DNA from: Squalus acanthias | Lineage: Eukaryota | Direction: 5' to 3' | Assembly (NCBI GenBank): GCA_030390025.1 | Contig: CM059438.1 | Location: forward strand, 65,846,001-65,910,000 | Length of the DNA stretch: 64,000 nucleotides | Shown here: positions 38,921-52,436 of the stretch, piece after piece | Layout of the letters: each line of letters opens with the position of its first letter | How positions within the stretch are numbered: the first letter of the stretch is position 1 | Made by a program: the position numbers and the translations under genes | The notes under the pieces: generated by a model | The model's database searches: none | What the model was told of the DNA's origin: nothing | What the model saw: only the letters and a program-made list of their open reading frames with translations

Positions 38921-41446
38921 TAATTTCAGAGATGCCTCCTCTAATTCCCCTGCCCTTCCCAATTTGGATAATCTTCAAATTTCAGAACTGTTATATGTAC
39001 AGAATTTCAGAAGCATACCTTCAAGGCATTCCCTCCAAACTACTCCCAGCAGGAAGACTTCAAACTCAAACTTCAGGTGATCATCTTGTCTGGTTGTATT
39101 TTTATGGAACTTTTCACCTCTTAGGGGAGCTTTACAGACCAACTACTTGCCTGCACTGTGGAACTCAGGCCATTTACTTGTTTGAAAGGTAGTAGGTTAA
39201 ATCGATATTTGAAGGCAGAGTTATTGGCCCTTCTGAATCTCACTCACAGTCAGGCACAATTCCTTCAGTTACATCAAGGGTAGACTCCTTCATGGAGGTA
39301 CCACTGTTGAGGACAGAGTGAAGTAATCATCTTCATCTGTGTTCCCCTCCTAAGCACTATCATCTCATCTTATCAAGATGCAACTGTCTGCACATCAGTT
39401 CATAGGTGTTGATAACCACTTAATAAAGCTTACTTTGAATGAACTCTTATCAATAGTGCTCTTTGACATTACAGATTCTAACTTTTCTATTCTTTTTCTG
39501 AAGATCTTTGTTACCTGTAATCTCACACTTAGGTCTTGGCCTTGTTCTCATCTGGAGGTTTCTCATACACTAATTCTCAGCCTCAACTTGTCACTATTGA
39601 GGTGTCAATGTGTGACTGTTACATTTTGGGTTTCCACGCTTGATATTTCCTTGCATCCAACTTCATTGGCCACTCCCATAAGTGAACCTTATGTCCCTAT
39701 AAGCCAGACTGTGCCTTTATCTCCCCAATAGCTAGGTGAACATGGTTAGACCCAAGGTTGAACAGAGAACCCTTATCACTGTACTCCAGTTTACTAGAAT
39801 ATATTGTGTGATGCCACATGATCTCCTTATCATTGATAGGTAGATGAACATCCATCAGGCTATAAATCACTAGACACATTTATTTAAAGCTGTTAATTTT
39901 CAGTAAATTTACAGCAAATACAGACTTCACTATTCTTTTCAGAACCAAAGGTGCTTTCCCTTAAGTAACAATCCAGCATTGCAGAGTTCTCTGACCAGCC
40001 CTAGCTAGCCTCAAATCAACTGGCCTTCATACAGTCCTGCCCAAGATGCAGCTTCAAATTCCTTTGAAAATATCTCAGAACAAAGGGCGTTTAAAACTAT
40101 ATTTGCCATGAATACATTTTGGTCAGACAATTCACAAGATTTAAAATGGGATTAGCCACAAACATACAGCTGCCAAACAGCTAGCTAAAACAACCCCATG
40201 GGACACTTCTAATTGAATGGAATGGGTTGACCCATTGATCAGTTCCAAACTCTCTGAGTGGTCTGCAAAACCAGGCCCCAACCAAGGACATGCCAGCAAC
40301 TGATCCACACCGATCAAATCCTTCAGCCTACCAGACTGTAATGTTTATTCTCTGCAGCTTGCAAAAACAGGTAGCAGTAACTAAGTTTAACCCTTTGTGT
40401 GCTGTGGCCACCAAGCATCGAATAACTAATCCATTATAGACAAAAATGCTTCATTTTTGTCACATTGTCAGTAATACCTTGTGTTAAAACTCACCCTGTC
40501 CTAATGTATGTGTGACAAGTGTAGACGGGACCACTTTTGTTACCTAATGTGCAATTTTGGATGACTTGTTATGTTCATCAAGATGAGACATGTTGTTGTT
40601 GAGGAGTGTAAAAGGCTTCTACTTTGGGTACCCAGAGTCAGCATTAAGCATTTCCACATCAAAGCACAGGTGGGTCAGCTGCAGAGTTTACTCTGTCACA
40701 ACACTGTGTCCTTACTCTAAGCTTACAAGACCACTTATCACTCCATCAATCTATATAGCTGCTCTGAGATTGCCAAATGTGGTGCTAATTTGTCCCATAA
40801 TGTGAGCAATTTTAGGCCTCAAACCAGTGGGACTAGATTAAACATTGTCCAAATTTATTTCAATTAAGGCCTTAAAGCTGGCAGAGAGGAAACCTTTTTC
40901 CTTCCACCAATAAGGGCTGGATTCCAATTGAAGTGCCAGGGTTGAAAGGTTTTGTATGCCAAACCACTGCAATACCCAATCCTAATTTACCTTTTTATCC
41001 AACAGCAATGGAGGGAACAGTTTGATCCGAATTACATTAATAGGTATCTGGTCCACCGCTATTTCCTCTATACCCCCTGGCTGGAGATGCTCGCTGCCAC
41101 ATTGCTTTTTTTTTGACAGACTAATCTGTGGTCTCCAAAAAACATCACCAATTCTACTCCAAGATTGGCCGACAGGATGTGAGGCACCTCTCAGTTTGTT
41201 GCTGTAGCGTTGAAGAAGCAGTCAAATGTACCATCACCGTCTTCCTCCAACAGCAGAGCCAAGAGCTGGTTGACGAGTAGAACCCATGGCTCTAATTTGA
41301 TGTCTATCTGCTTGAGAGGTCGTTACTCTGCATTTTGTGCTGCAGTGCTATGTGACATTTATTTTATAAATTATAAATTGTAGCTGTCCTTTTGTTTATT
41401 ATTGCCTTAAATATATCATAGTGAAGATAATTCCAGTGCTCCAGAG

Positions 41447-44369
41447 CATAAAATCATAGAATCTTACAGCACGGAAGGGGGTCATTCTGCCCATTGTGCC
41501 TGTGTCGGCTCTTTGAAAGAGCTGTCAAATTTAGTTCCATAACCCAGCTTTTTCCCCAAAACCCTGCAAATGAGTTCTCTTCATATACATGTCCAATTGC
41601 CTTTTGAAAGATCCTATGGAATCTGATTCTACCGCCCTTCAGGTAGTGCGTTCCAGGTCTTAACAACCCTCTGTGTGAAAAAAAAGTCTCCTCATTTCCC
41701 CTCTAGTTCTTTTTTCAATTATTTGAAATCTATGACCTCTGGTTACTGACCCACTTGCCAGAGGAAACAGTTTCTCCCTCCTTGCTCTGTCAAAACCCCT
41801 CATAATTTTGAATACCTCTATTAGGTCTCCCCTTAACCTGTTCTGCTCTAAGGAGAACAATTCCAGCTTCTCCAATCTCTCCACATAACTGAAGTCCCTC
41901 ATCCCTGGTATCATCCTGGTAAACCTCCTCTGTACCCTCTCCAAGGCCTTGACACCTTCCTAAAGTGTGGTGCCCAGAATTGTACACAATACTGAGGCCT
42001 AACCAGGGATTTATAAAGGTTTAGCATGAATTCCTTGTTTTTGTATTCAATTACAAAGTCAAGTATCCCACACGCTTTCTTAACTGCCTTATTAACTTGC
42101 CTTGCCACCTTCAAGGATTTGTGAATATGCACTCTCAGGTCCCTCTGCTTTTGCATCCCCTTCAAAATAGTACCATTTAGTTATACTGACTCTCCATGTT
42201 GTTTCTCCCAAAGTGCATCGCGTCACATTTATCCACATTAAATTGCATCTGCCACATGTTTGCCCATTTCACCAGTCTGTCTATGTCATCCTGAAGTCCG
42301 CTACTATCCGTCTCACTATTTACTACATTGCCAAGTTTTGTATAATCCACAAACTTCAAAATTGTACTCCCTATACCTGAGTCCAGCTCATTTATATATA
42401 ATATGAAAACCAATGGTCCGAATACCGACCCCTGGGGGACCCCACTGCATACTTCTCTCCAGTCAGAAAAACATCCATTCACCACTACTCCCTGCCTCCT
42501 ATCCTTTAGCTAATTATGTACCCAAGTTACTACCATCCATTTAATACCATGTGCTGCTATTTTCCGAATAAGTCTGTTATGTGGTACTTTCTCAAATGTC
42601 TTTTTAAAGTCCATATATACAACATCTACTGCATTACCTTCATCAACCTTCTCTGTTACTTCATCAAAGAACTCAATCAGGTTAGTAAGACATGATTTGC
42701 CTTTAACAAATTTGTGTTGGCTGTCCCTTATTACCCATGCTTCCCAAATGAGAATTAATTTTGTCCTTGACAATGGCCTTTTAGCAGTTTTCCCACAACT
42801 ATTTGGCCTGTGGTTACCAGGTTTATCCCACTCCCCTTTTTTGAACTGGAGTGTAATATTTGCAATCCTCCAGTTCTCTAGCACCACTCCCATATCCAAG
42901 GAGGATTGAAAGATTGTAGTCAGAGCTTCTGCTATCACCACCCTAGCTTCCCTCAGCCACCTAGGATGCATCCCATCTGGACTGGGTGACTTGTTAACTT
43001 TGAGTGATAATAACCTATTTTTATCCTTTCCAACCTCTCTACTCTCCCCTTCTCTACTGCAACATTAACTTCAACCTCTTCCTTTGTGAAGACAAATGCA
43101 AAGTACTCATTCAGTACCTCAGTCATGCCCTCTGCCTCCAAAAGATTGTATTTTTTGTCTTTAATTGGCCCCACCATTCCTTTAACCATCCTTTTACTTT
43201 GTATATGTTTATTAAAAAAAATTGGGTTCCCTTTTATGTTATCCACTAATCTTTTCTCATACTCTCTCTTTGCCCTTCTTATGTCCATTTTCAATTTCCC
43301 CCTTTACTCTCTGTATTCTGCCTGGTTTCTGACTGTATTCTGTACCTGACATTTGTCATAAACCTCCTATTTCTGTTTTACTTTAACCTCTATTTCCTGT
43401 GTCATCCAGGGAGCTCTAGCTTTGGATGCCCCATCTTTCCTCTTTATCGGAATATGCTTGGTTTATACCCGAACTATCTCTGCCGTGAAGGCCTGCCATT
43501 GCTCATTCACTGTTTTCCTGGCCAATCTTTGTTTCCAGTCCACCTGTGCTAGATCGCTTCTCAAATCACTGAAATTGTCTCTCTGCCAGTTGGATATTTT
43601 CACCTTTGATTTTTCTTTGACCATTTCCATAACTGCTTAAATTTAATTATATTATGATCACTTTTACCCAGATGCCATCCCACTGCAACCCTCTCCACTT
43701 GCCCTACTTCATTCCCCAGCACTAGATCCAGCACTGCTTCTTTCCTCGTTGGGCTAAAATCATACTGATTAAGGAAGTTCCCCTGTACACATTTTAGGAA
43801 TTCTTCACCCTCCTTGCCCTTTACTTTATTTTTCTCCAACCTATATTAGGGTAATTGAAGTCCCCTATTATTGCTTAGCTATTATTTTTACATTTCTCTG
43901 AATTAAAAAAAATAATATTCATTTATGGGATGTGGGTGTTGCTGGCAAGGCCAGCATTTATTGCCCATCCCTAATTGCCCTTGAGAAGGTGGTGGTGAGC
44001 CACCTTCTTGAACCGCTGCAGTCCGTGTGGTGAAGGTGCTCCCACAGTGCTGTTAGGTAGGGAGTTCCAGGATTTTGACCCAGCGACGATGAAGGATCGG
44101 CGATGTACTTCTAAGTCAGGATGGTGTGTGACTTGGAGGGGAACTTGGAGGTGGTGGTGTTCCCATGCGCCTGCTGCCCTTGTCCTCCTAGGTGGAAGAG
44201 GTCGCAGGTTTGAAAGGTGCTGCCGAAGAAGCCTTGGTGAGTTGCTGCAGTGTATCTTTGCCTATAGATTTGCTCCTCTAGCTCCTTCTCACTATTTGTG
44301 GGTCTATGGTAAACACCTAGCATTGTAACTCCTCCTTTTCTGTTCCTTAACTCTAACCAAATAGATTTA
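41447..44369 (-). mobile_element. CR1 LINE with most of ORF2 (AP endonuclease plus RT), decayed
   Basis: LGVYHRP, GDFN, EAVLDLVL, KSDHN, CLTNLIEFF, SGVPQGSVFGP, RLRGDLIEVFK spread over several frames. Confidence 0.92.
43905..44255 (-). mobile_element. 3' end of a different LINE inserted into the CR1
   Basis: Interrupts the CR1 endonuclease region; its terminal part matches the tails of the SINEs at 21274 and 55493. Confidence 0.7.
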
Positions 44370-45114
44370 GGGGTAAAAATTCAGTTGGTTGCGCCTCCCG
44401 TTAGCGCCTTAAGAGGGCGCTAATGGGGCGCAAAGCCGCTAACGCCCGGGCGCAGCGATGTTTGCGCCGCTCAGGAACTTAACTAGACATTGTGCGGCGG
44501 CGCTAAACTTTACCGCTGCGACCACCTGCGCGCGCAGATTGTGACGTCATTCCATGGTGCAACGCCCTTGTGGCGCCCCGGAGCGGAAATTGAGTGGTGC
44601 CCCCTGCCTTACCGCCTGGCGCATCCAACGACCGGAAGACTGGAACGCTATCAATCACTGTGGGGCTTGGGGGGGGGGGCGCTATTTAAAGGGGGCCTCT
44701 TCCTGTCTTTTTCTGTGGTTGACATTTTTGCACCACTCGTTCTGAGAGAGAGAGAGAGATTCGGAGAGAGAGAAAGAGAGACTTCTGCATTGAGTCAACG
44801 CTTTGTGAGGTAGTTTTGCCTACTGATCCTAACAGTTGGCCCCCCCCCGCTTTAAGAACTGGCCGGCGCCAGTGTGTCTGTGTTCCCTCGCTAACTGGCA
44901 GCACCTGCGCTGCACTCGCGCGCTGAGTTAGCGCCTCACTGCTCGGCCTTTGCGCCTTAAGATAGGTGTGCAGCGCCTGATTTAGCGCTCCACTCACCTC
45001 CCGGGGCGGTAAAAGTGAAGTTTCCAGTCAGTGGCGATAATTAGCGCCAGGCGCTAATATTTGCGTCCAGACGATATTTGCGCCCCAAACGGGGCGCGAC
45101 CTAATTTTTCCCCC
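44370..45114. mobile_element. Harbinger-derived MITE (745 bp), CpG-rich
   Basis: TIRs GGGGTAAAAATT / AATTTTTCCCCC; TTA TSD at 44367-44369 and 45115-45117; left end matches 61380 onward. Confidence 0.9.
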
Positions 45115-45465
45115 TTAGTCTTCATAGTTACTGTAGAGATTCATTACAATGTATAAATGGGTTTGCTGTTTACAATGCATGAAACTAGTCCAGAATTTCA
45201 GATCATGTAAAACCCAAAACCCAAAACAAGACATTGATTAATTGCAGAATTATATGTAAGGCACATTGAGATGCAGTACTAAGGGATCGCGGTATTGTCA
45301 GAGGTGCCGTTCTTTGGATAAGACGTAAAGTGGAGGCTCTGTCTGTCTGTCCATGTGGATATTAGATATCCCTGGTATTATTTCAAGAACAGGAAGTTCT
45401 CCCAGTTATCTGGCCAACATTCATCCCTCAATGGACAGCCCTGGATTAACCGATTGTCCATCTCA

Positions 45466-45890
45466 GCAGCCGTGGCTCAGTGCTAGCACTCTCGGTTGTG
45501 GGTTCAAGTCCCACTCCAGGGACTTGAGCACAAAAATCTAGGTTGACACTCCAATGCAGTGCTGAGGGAGTGCTGCACTGTCGGAGGTGCCGTCTTTTCG
45601 ATGAGACGTCTGCCCTCTCAAGTGGATGCAAAAGATCCCATGGCACTATTTCAAAGAAGAGCAGGGGAGTTATCCCCGGTGTCCTGGCCAATATTTATCG
45701 CTCAATCAATATCACAAAACAGATCATCTGGTAATTATCACATTGTTGTTTGTGGGAGTTTGCTATGTGCAAATTGGCTGCCGTGTTTCCTACAACAGTG
45801 ACTACACTTCAAAAGTACTTCATTGGCTGTAAAGCACTTTGGGACGTCCTGAGGCGTGAAAGACGCTATAGAAATGCAAGCCTTTTTTTT
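45466..45890 (+). mobile_element. Deu-domain SINE (SacSINE1/AmnSINE1-like)
   Basis: tRNA-like head GTGGCTCAGT...GGTTCAAGTCCC; central GGAGGTGCCGTCTTT...AAAAGATCCCATGGCACTATT...GAGCAGGGGAGTT; L2-like tail GCTATAGAAATGCAAG; partial copy at about 45270-45435. Confidence 0.8.
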
Positions 45891-46849
45891 ATCATTGCCA
45901 TGCGTGGGATTTTGCTGTGCCCACGTGGCTGCTGCGTTTGCCTACAGTCGCTGCGTTTTAAAATAACTAATTGTAGGTTGCTTGTTCGAGATGTTTGAGA
46001 GAATCCATGAGGTGCTGTGTGAATGAAAGTCTTCCCTGGACTCCGAGTCTTACCTGTGCAGTGCTCTCAAATTCGAAAGAGACCCAGAACAGGGATTGCT
46101 TCATTGATCGGTGCCATCGTCTGCCGGCTGTACTTTACGAGACGCCGTACAGTTCCAGCCCAACACCTACCGCAGCTTGTGGTTTAACTTTGCACTTCAC
46201 GTTACTTGAAATACCTTTAAATCTGTTTTTATTATTATTTTGAACACGTAATTTAGCTTTAAAATGCAGTTATGTATCTTCAAGTAAAGCAATGAAACTT
46301 ACATACAAGATTAATCAGAGTACCAGGATAAGCAATCCTTTATTAAACTGTAGCTTGCATCTCATATCTGTGAAAGGAGAAACTGGCCCGTTCAATATTT
46401 TACACGCTTAACATAATTAGACCTTGTCTGTAGAAAAGCTTCGGATAAAGAGCAAGTTGTATGCAAGCCGATCTAGAAATAAGAGCGTCAGCAACGCTGA
46501 ATAAGCAGTTATGCACTTGGGGTGTGTGTGTGTGTGTGTGTGTGTACAGGTATTCTGTGCACAGTATCACCCCAGACTTGACAGTGCTGTGACTGGAATA
46601 CTGAAGGGCTTTAGTGCGAAAAACAGTCGGCTCTGTCTTAATGGAATTATCAAGAAATATGCTAAATGTGCCTAGTTTTACAAACCAGGTTCTGTCAGTT
46701 GACTTATCGTTGCACATACACTCCAACAGGAGTGAAACGAGAAGATCCGTGCCAACAGAACGTGACAGGGGGGGCGGGGGCGAAATGAAATGATAAAAAA
46801 TGTTCTTTTTTAAGATATAAAAGAATTTGGAAATAGAAATAGACCAAGC

Positions 46850-49000
46850 CACTAAATACAAAGGGGGACCTACGCTATCTCCTGACGGCCCGTGTCTGTG
46901 TTTATAAAACCCGAAGCCGGGCTTGCTGTCGGTTGATACAGGAACAATCAAGCTTTGACCTGCAGACTGACTCCCAGCGCTGGTTGAGCTTGTCCCTGCC
47001 CGACACTGGGCAGTGATTGGAGTGCACACACCACAACTCGCCCAACAAGCACCGGGGGCGAGAGATCTTCACTGAATGTAGCCTAGCCCGCCCTCACTGC
47101 ATTAGTGACGGTCAGAGAACAGCTCCAGAAACACACATCACCTGGCAGCCCGGGCTTGGCTCCCTCTCCTGTGTCAGCAAGCCTGTTCCTCAATCACTAA
47201 AACATGCTTTCAATTGGACGGGGCTTGGCACGGTGTAATAAGCACAGCAAGCATAGCTTTGCAAGAGAAATTAAATCACACACACACACACACAGAGCCC
47301 TGAACTTCAGCCACATGTGTGGTGAAAACGGTTCACTTGCAATTTGCAAAAATATATATTTAAGTAGCAAAAAGTGAAGAGAGCGCCTGATGTGCGCAGG
47401 AGCCTGAGTCACATACACACACACACACACAGGCTGAGCTCTGCTTGATCGATTTCCCCATCGCCTCTGGTCAAGTTTGCACCGGCTTCTCCCCTCGGTG
47501 ACTCGATCCAGACTTGTCCCCATCGCCCCTCTCTCCCAGCGACTGCTGGTCTCTCCTGTCCGTCTCCCCCTTTTTCCCCGGACCGCCTTCAGGTGACGGG
47601 GTCGACGCTCAGTTGCCCATCAGTTTCGGGTTATTGATCAAGTTGTCGGTTTCTCGCTGTGATTCGGTGCACGGTTTACCGAGAGACCGGCGCCCACTCG
47701 AACCCCTCTCCCCAGCCCCCTGGACCCCGTCCGTCCATCCGTCCATTCCCACCTTGGCTCACGTCCTCCCCTTTGCGGGTTTTACCTCCTCCTCCTCCTC
47801 CGCCTCTCTCAGTCTCTACATCCTCTTACTCTTTCCCCTTGCAGTACTCTCATTCCCATCTTTAAAAAAAACAGAATCCAGCTCATTATCCACCCTAGCG
47901 CGGTTCTGCACTCCCCCACTCACTTTCTGTGTTTCCTGTCTTTCTGCTCGACTCATCTCCCCCCCCCCCACACACACACACACACGTCGCTTCGCCTCTT
48001 CTATCGCAGCCGTTCGCTGGACTTGAACCCCTCTCGCCGAGAGTTGTGCTCGTTTTCAGGGCTGCCATTCGACCCAATTGCCGGAGGGGGGGGTGTGGGG
48101 GAATCTGCACCAATATAATCAAAAAAAAAATTCTTGCTCAGCCCACAGACCCCGGTCCCCGCTTCGCTGCCAATCAGTCCCACTGCCCGCTTCTGTCTCA
48201 TTCACGCTATCTATTTAACAAATGCCTCTTCCCTCCCTCCCTCCCTCCCCGCCCCCTCTCCCAGCACGAAATCTCTCTCCACCTCCTTTCGCATTCTGCC
48301 CATCCACTCCCAAGGCTTTGACTTGATCCCTCCTTGCTCCTTCAGTCTATCAATTGCTCTCTCTCTCTCTCCTTCCAGCTCCTTCTTCATTCAGCCCATC
48401 TTCAGTACTGACTGAGTCCCTCCTCTCTCTCTCCCACCAGCAGCAGGACCAGCTACTTTCTCATTCAGTATAGATCTCCTTACAGGATCAGACCTTCCAA
48501 TCCCTGCAGCCTTTCTCGACCATCCATCCACCCCCCTGGACTATGTTGCCACAGCCGCCGCTGTTCCTGCTGATCTCTCAAGTCTCCGCAGCCGGTCGCT
48601 AACCAACAATTTAACCACACACACCACAAAAAAAATAAGAAGAAATACCCACCCGCCCAAAGTCTTGTCACTCCGGCATGAAAAGAAGGGATCTCTCTCT
48701 CTCCCCATCAAGCGCGCACAGCCTGCAAGGTCGCTCGAACCGCCGGAGCTGGAACTACAGGGTCCGCGGCAACTTTATGCCGAAAAGCCTTCATCCCAGA
48801 TCGCGATACACCTCAGCCGCGGAGGAGAACCGTCACTAGGTGAGAGAGCGGTGCTGGCGGGGAGGGGGGCAAAAATATTTAACGCGATCTGTGTGTGTGT
48901 GTGTGTGTGTGTGTGTACAGGATAAATATTTTGATGGGGGAGGGGGAGAGAGGAGGGGGAGGTGGGGGGGGGATGGCCAGTCCTGGGGACTGAGAACTGC
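46850..49000. promoter_or_regulatory. CpG-island-like promoter region of an unidentified gene
   Basis: High CpG/GC content outside any recognisable TE; several (CA)n/(TG)n tracts; C-rich to G-rich strand switch near 48800. Confidence 0.6.
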
Positions 49001-52000
49001 AGTGTGCTTAACAGATGGATTAAAGTGCACGGTTCAGTTGAGTTGGCTTTGCATATCCCTGTTCTCCCCCTCCATTCACCACAGCTAAATGCATATTGGA
49101 TTAAGATAGGGAATGTTGCTGGGATCGGACCAGGGGAAAGGATGTGTACCTGCAGATGTTAAATCTTGCCCTGAGCATCCAATTTTTATTTTTTTCCGAA
49201 GCCCTGCCTCTGTTGCTTGCAATGTGTGTGTGTGTGTGTGATGCCTATTTCAGAAAGACCTGGTACATTTTGTTGGTTTTTTTTGAGAGTTGCATATCAA
49301 GGTGTGAGCTGGCGGGGGAGAAACCTGCTCTAAGCAATAGGGGGGTGGGGAGCGGTGAGCATAGGCAAAGGCTGAAGGAATTGCTGACTGCTTGATGTAT
49401 TGAACGCAAAAATGCTAGCACAGGGAGGGGAAAGGGGGATTTTAAATAGAAAAAAAATATATAGTCAGCAATACAGAGGGAGTGTGGATATTTTAATCAG
49501 ATGTGGGTCTCCTTTTATTTATGTAAACTCCACAATCGATTAAGCATATCATTATTTTCTATATGTAATGCAATTCAATGGAAGTTGTGTTATGTGTGTT
49601 TATTAATTTTCTAGAAGTTTTAGTGAGACTCGCTAGCTTGCCACGCGGATTTTTTTTTAATCGGTATCTTATTGAAACATTTTGCAGTCATACTTTTCGC
49701 TGCCAACAGCGTCTTTCTTCACATTCGGTATTCCTTTTAAAGTTTTCCTTGAAGCAAGGTAGGGACTGTACTCTGTCGAAAGGTGGTGCCGGGGTAGCTT
49801 TTTCCACTAGGGGGAGCCCTTACTCTATTTAACCCAACCTTTAAGCACATTGGGGCTTTGCAGCAGACCAGCCGTCATTGTCTCTTTAAATGGCAACTGT
49901 GAAAATGCACCTATAGTTTATTCTGTTGGGCTCATCGCGCGAAAGCACCGATTTATCCCGGCAGCACGCGGGTTATGTAACAGGCACATCTTTTCAAATC
50001 CCATAGATTTACGTCGACGGTGCAAAGTGCACAGTTTGCTCTGGATTTCAGGTTTTATAAAGTTAATTATTGATGGGTGGATATGTCACTCCTACCTCCC
50101 ACCCCCACCTCCCTCCCCAAACCAAGAGCCACGGTGCACAGACGTGACATGAACAAACCGATCACGTATAGGAGAATCAATTATTATGACAGTGTCCAGT
50201 GCTGTTCTGCCCTGTGCTGCTCATTTCACCACTTTGACACCACGGTTGCTTCACTCGACTCTGAGAGGTGATCAAAAACCGAAGTTACTTGTAACCCAGC
50301 GCAGAATATGTTCACTTGCCTTTCCCTGCCTTGCAGCCTTGTAAACTCCTGTACACCTGCTTTCTGTTCCCATCCCCAGATAACACTAATATATTCCTTT
50401 AAAAAAAATGTTATTGATAGAGACAAGTAGGAAAAAAATGCAGGAATATCACAGGATGTGGCATAATGTTTCCCAGTAGATTCAGTCCTTCTGTTCAATT
50501 TTAAAAGTGGATCATGACTCAGAATTGCAAGCGTAAGGTTTAGTTTTACCTTTCAATCATGTTGCAAGGCATCTCAGGGGCGTGGGGTTGGGGGGGGGGG
50601 GGGATTGGCTGTAAAGGTGGTTGGACATGATTGGACTTCCTTCTTCCTGAATTGAAATGCTGTGTTATGAATGAGAACCCCTTGTACCACAAAGGAAATG
50701 ACTTGAGACTTAACCAGCACTCGCAGGAGCTTCAGGCAGCCCAGCGTGTGTTTTACAGAAGCTGTAAAGTTTTACTGGCCTTCAGAATAGAAAACCCAAT
50801 GTTTAACACAGGAGGAGGGGCTCATTGCGGACACATCTGGTACAATCCTTCTACTGTGTAGCACTGGCTTTTTTTTGTTGCCCAGTTAATCATTTTGAGT
50901 AGCTTAAGGACGCATTGCCCAGACTGGCAGTACTGTACTCGAGGTGGGTTTTATATTGTTTTATCCATTGGTGTGGACGATTCACTCGATGAGAATTCAC
51001 CCTTGCTGTGTTACGTACCAAACAGTAGCTGCAGGCATTGCTAAAGGTCTGTTTCTGGTTCTCATGTTCTTGCAGTGGGGAAACAAGACTTGCAGTAGAG
51101 ATGCAAGGCATTGCTGTGTGTAATGTGGGCTGCAAACAAGGGACAGGCTGGTGCACAGGCATGGCAGCAGGCAGCTGCCGAGAATTTATTCAGGTAGCAA
51201 TGATGAATGTGGCTGGTGCAGATAGACTTGGAAAATAGATTTCTCTCTTAACATCCTCCATTTATAACCTGAGTGGGAATTCAGTTTTCACCTCACTCCA
51301 GAAGTTTAAATCCTATATCGTTAACTGCATGATTGTCTAAATTCTTTTTAAAAAAATGAATTAATAATGGACAAAATGATAGCTGTTCTTGGTGGAAATA
51401 AGCTTGTGATGCAAACTCTCATACTGGCATCAAACCCATATGCCCCACCCCTCCTCCATCATATTATCTTAGTAATTTAGTCACAAGCCTGATCGAAGAT
51501 CACTGTGACCTTTTTTTCATTCCCTCCCTGTGTGTGTCTCCACTTATTTAGATTGGCAAGTGCGGGCGGCTTGTTTTGCCATGTTGGCACTCCGTGCCCA
51601 CGCAGGGTAGTGTAGGGAGCCTGCAAGCTTTTGAACGGTGTGAATCCCAAACCTGGTTATTTGTGCAACTGGCATCTTTAACAGATGCCACGGGGCAGGA
51701 TTTAAGCTGGCAAGTGGAATATCAGCAGTCACAGGACTGCAAGGAGACAAGAGCTCTGCTACTTAATACGTGCCTTGAAAAAGTATTTTCTTTATCTTTG
51801 TTTTGGCAGGGAGAAGGAATATTCACAGGTCTAGTAAATGAAAGAAGTTTAATAAATAAGAGAAGGAACTTTTTTCACCCAATGGGAAATAAGACTTGCA
51901 TAATTAGTTACTCGGGAAAGGCCATTGCTGAACGAATGGCTTAAACTTATCATTGGTTGAGTTTTTGGAGAGGAAAGGAATTGAACCTAGAAATTATGGG

Positions 52001-52436
52001 AAATGATGGTGTACAAATTTTTTGCCATCTCATACGGAATTAAGTTGCCCGTTAGTTTAACATAGGCATTAACGTACTTATTTTAATTGGGTTAATGTCT
52101 CTCAGGTACAAAGGAGCTTCATATGAATGCATGAATCAGCGTTCAGATGCTGATAGCGCACAGCATAATATCTAAACTATGGTGACAAGAACAGGTAGGG
52201 TTAATCGCTGAGAAAGGATGTTAAATTATTAGTAAATAATCTGAAGTAGTGGGATTGACTATAAAAGTACAACAACTGAAGGTCACTTCATTGTTCTTGA
52301 ACTGGCGTGCCACGGTATGACCTCCCACACCACAGAGGAAATAACTGAGACTTGCCTTTTCCAATGCTTATGTTCGAAGAGCCTTTGACTAAACATTCCA
52401 GTAATCCTCGGTGTTATAAGCGAAGGTGACTGACTG

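Noticed and set aside
45466..45520. tRNA gene
   Set aside because: A/B-box-like motifs are the SINE head; no complete cloverleaf
46400..48415. ORFs of 130-209 aa in the CpG-rich region
   Set aside because: Low-complexity translations running through microsatellites, with no recognisable domain
51060..51944. Possible plus-strand exons or ORFs downstream of the CpG island
   Set aside because: Acceptor-like tracts exist but there is no convincing donor or recognisable protein; needs RNA data
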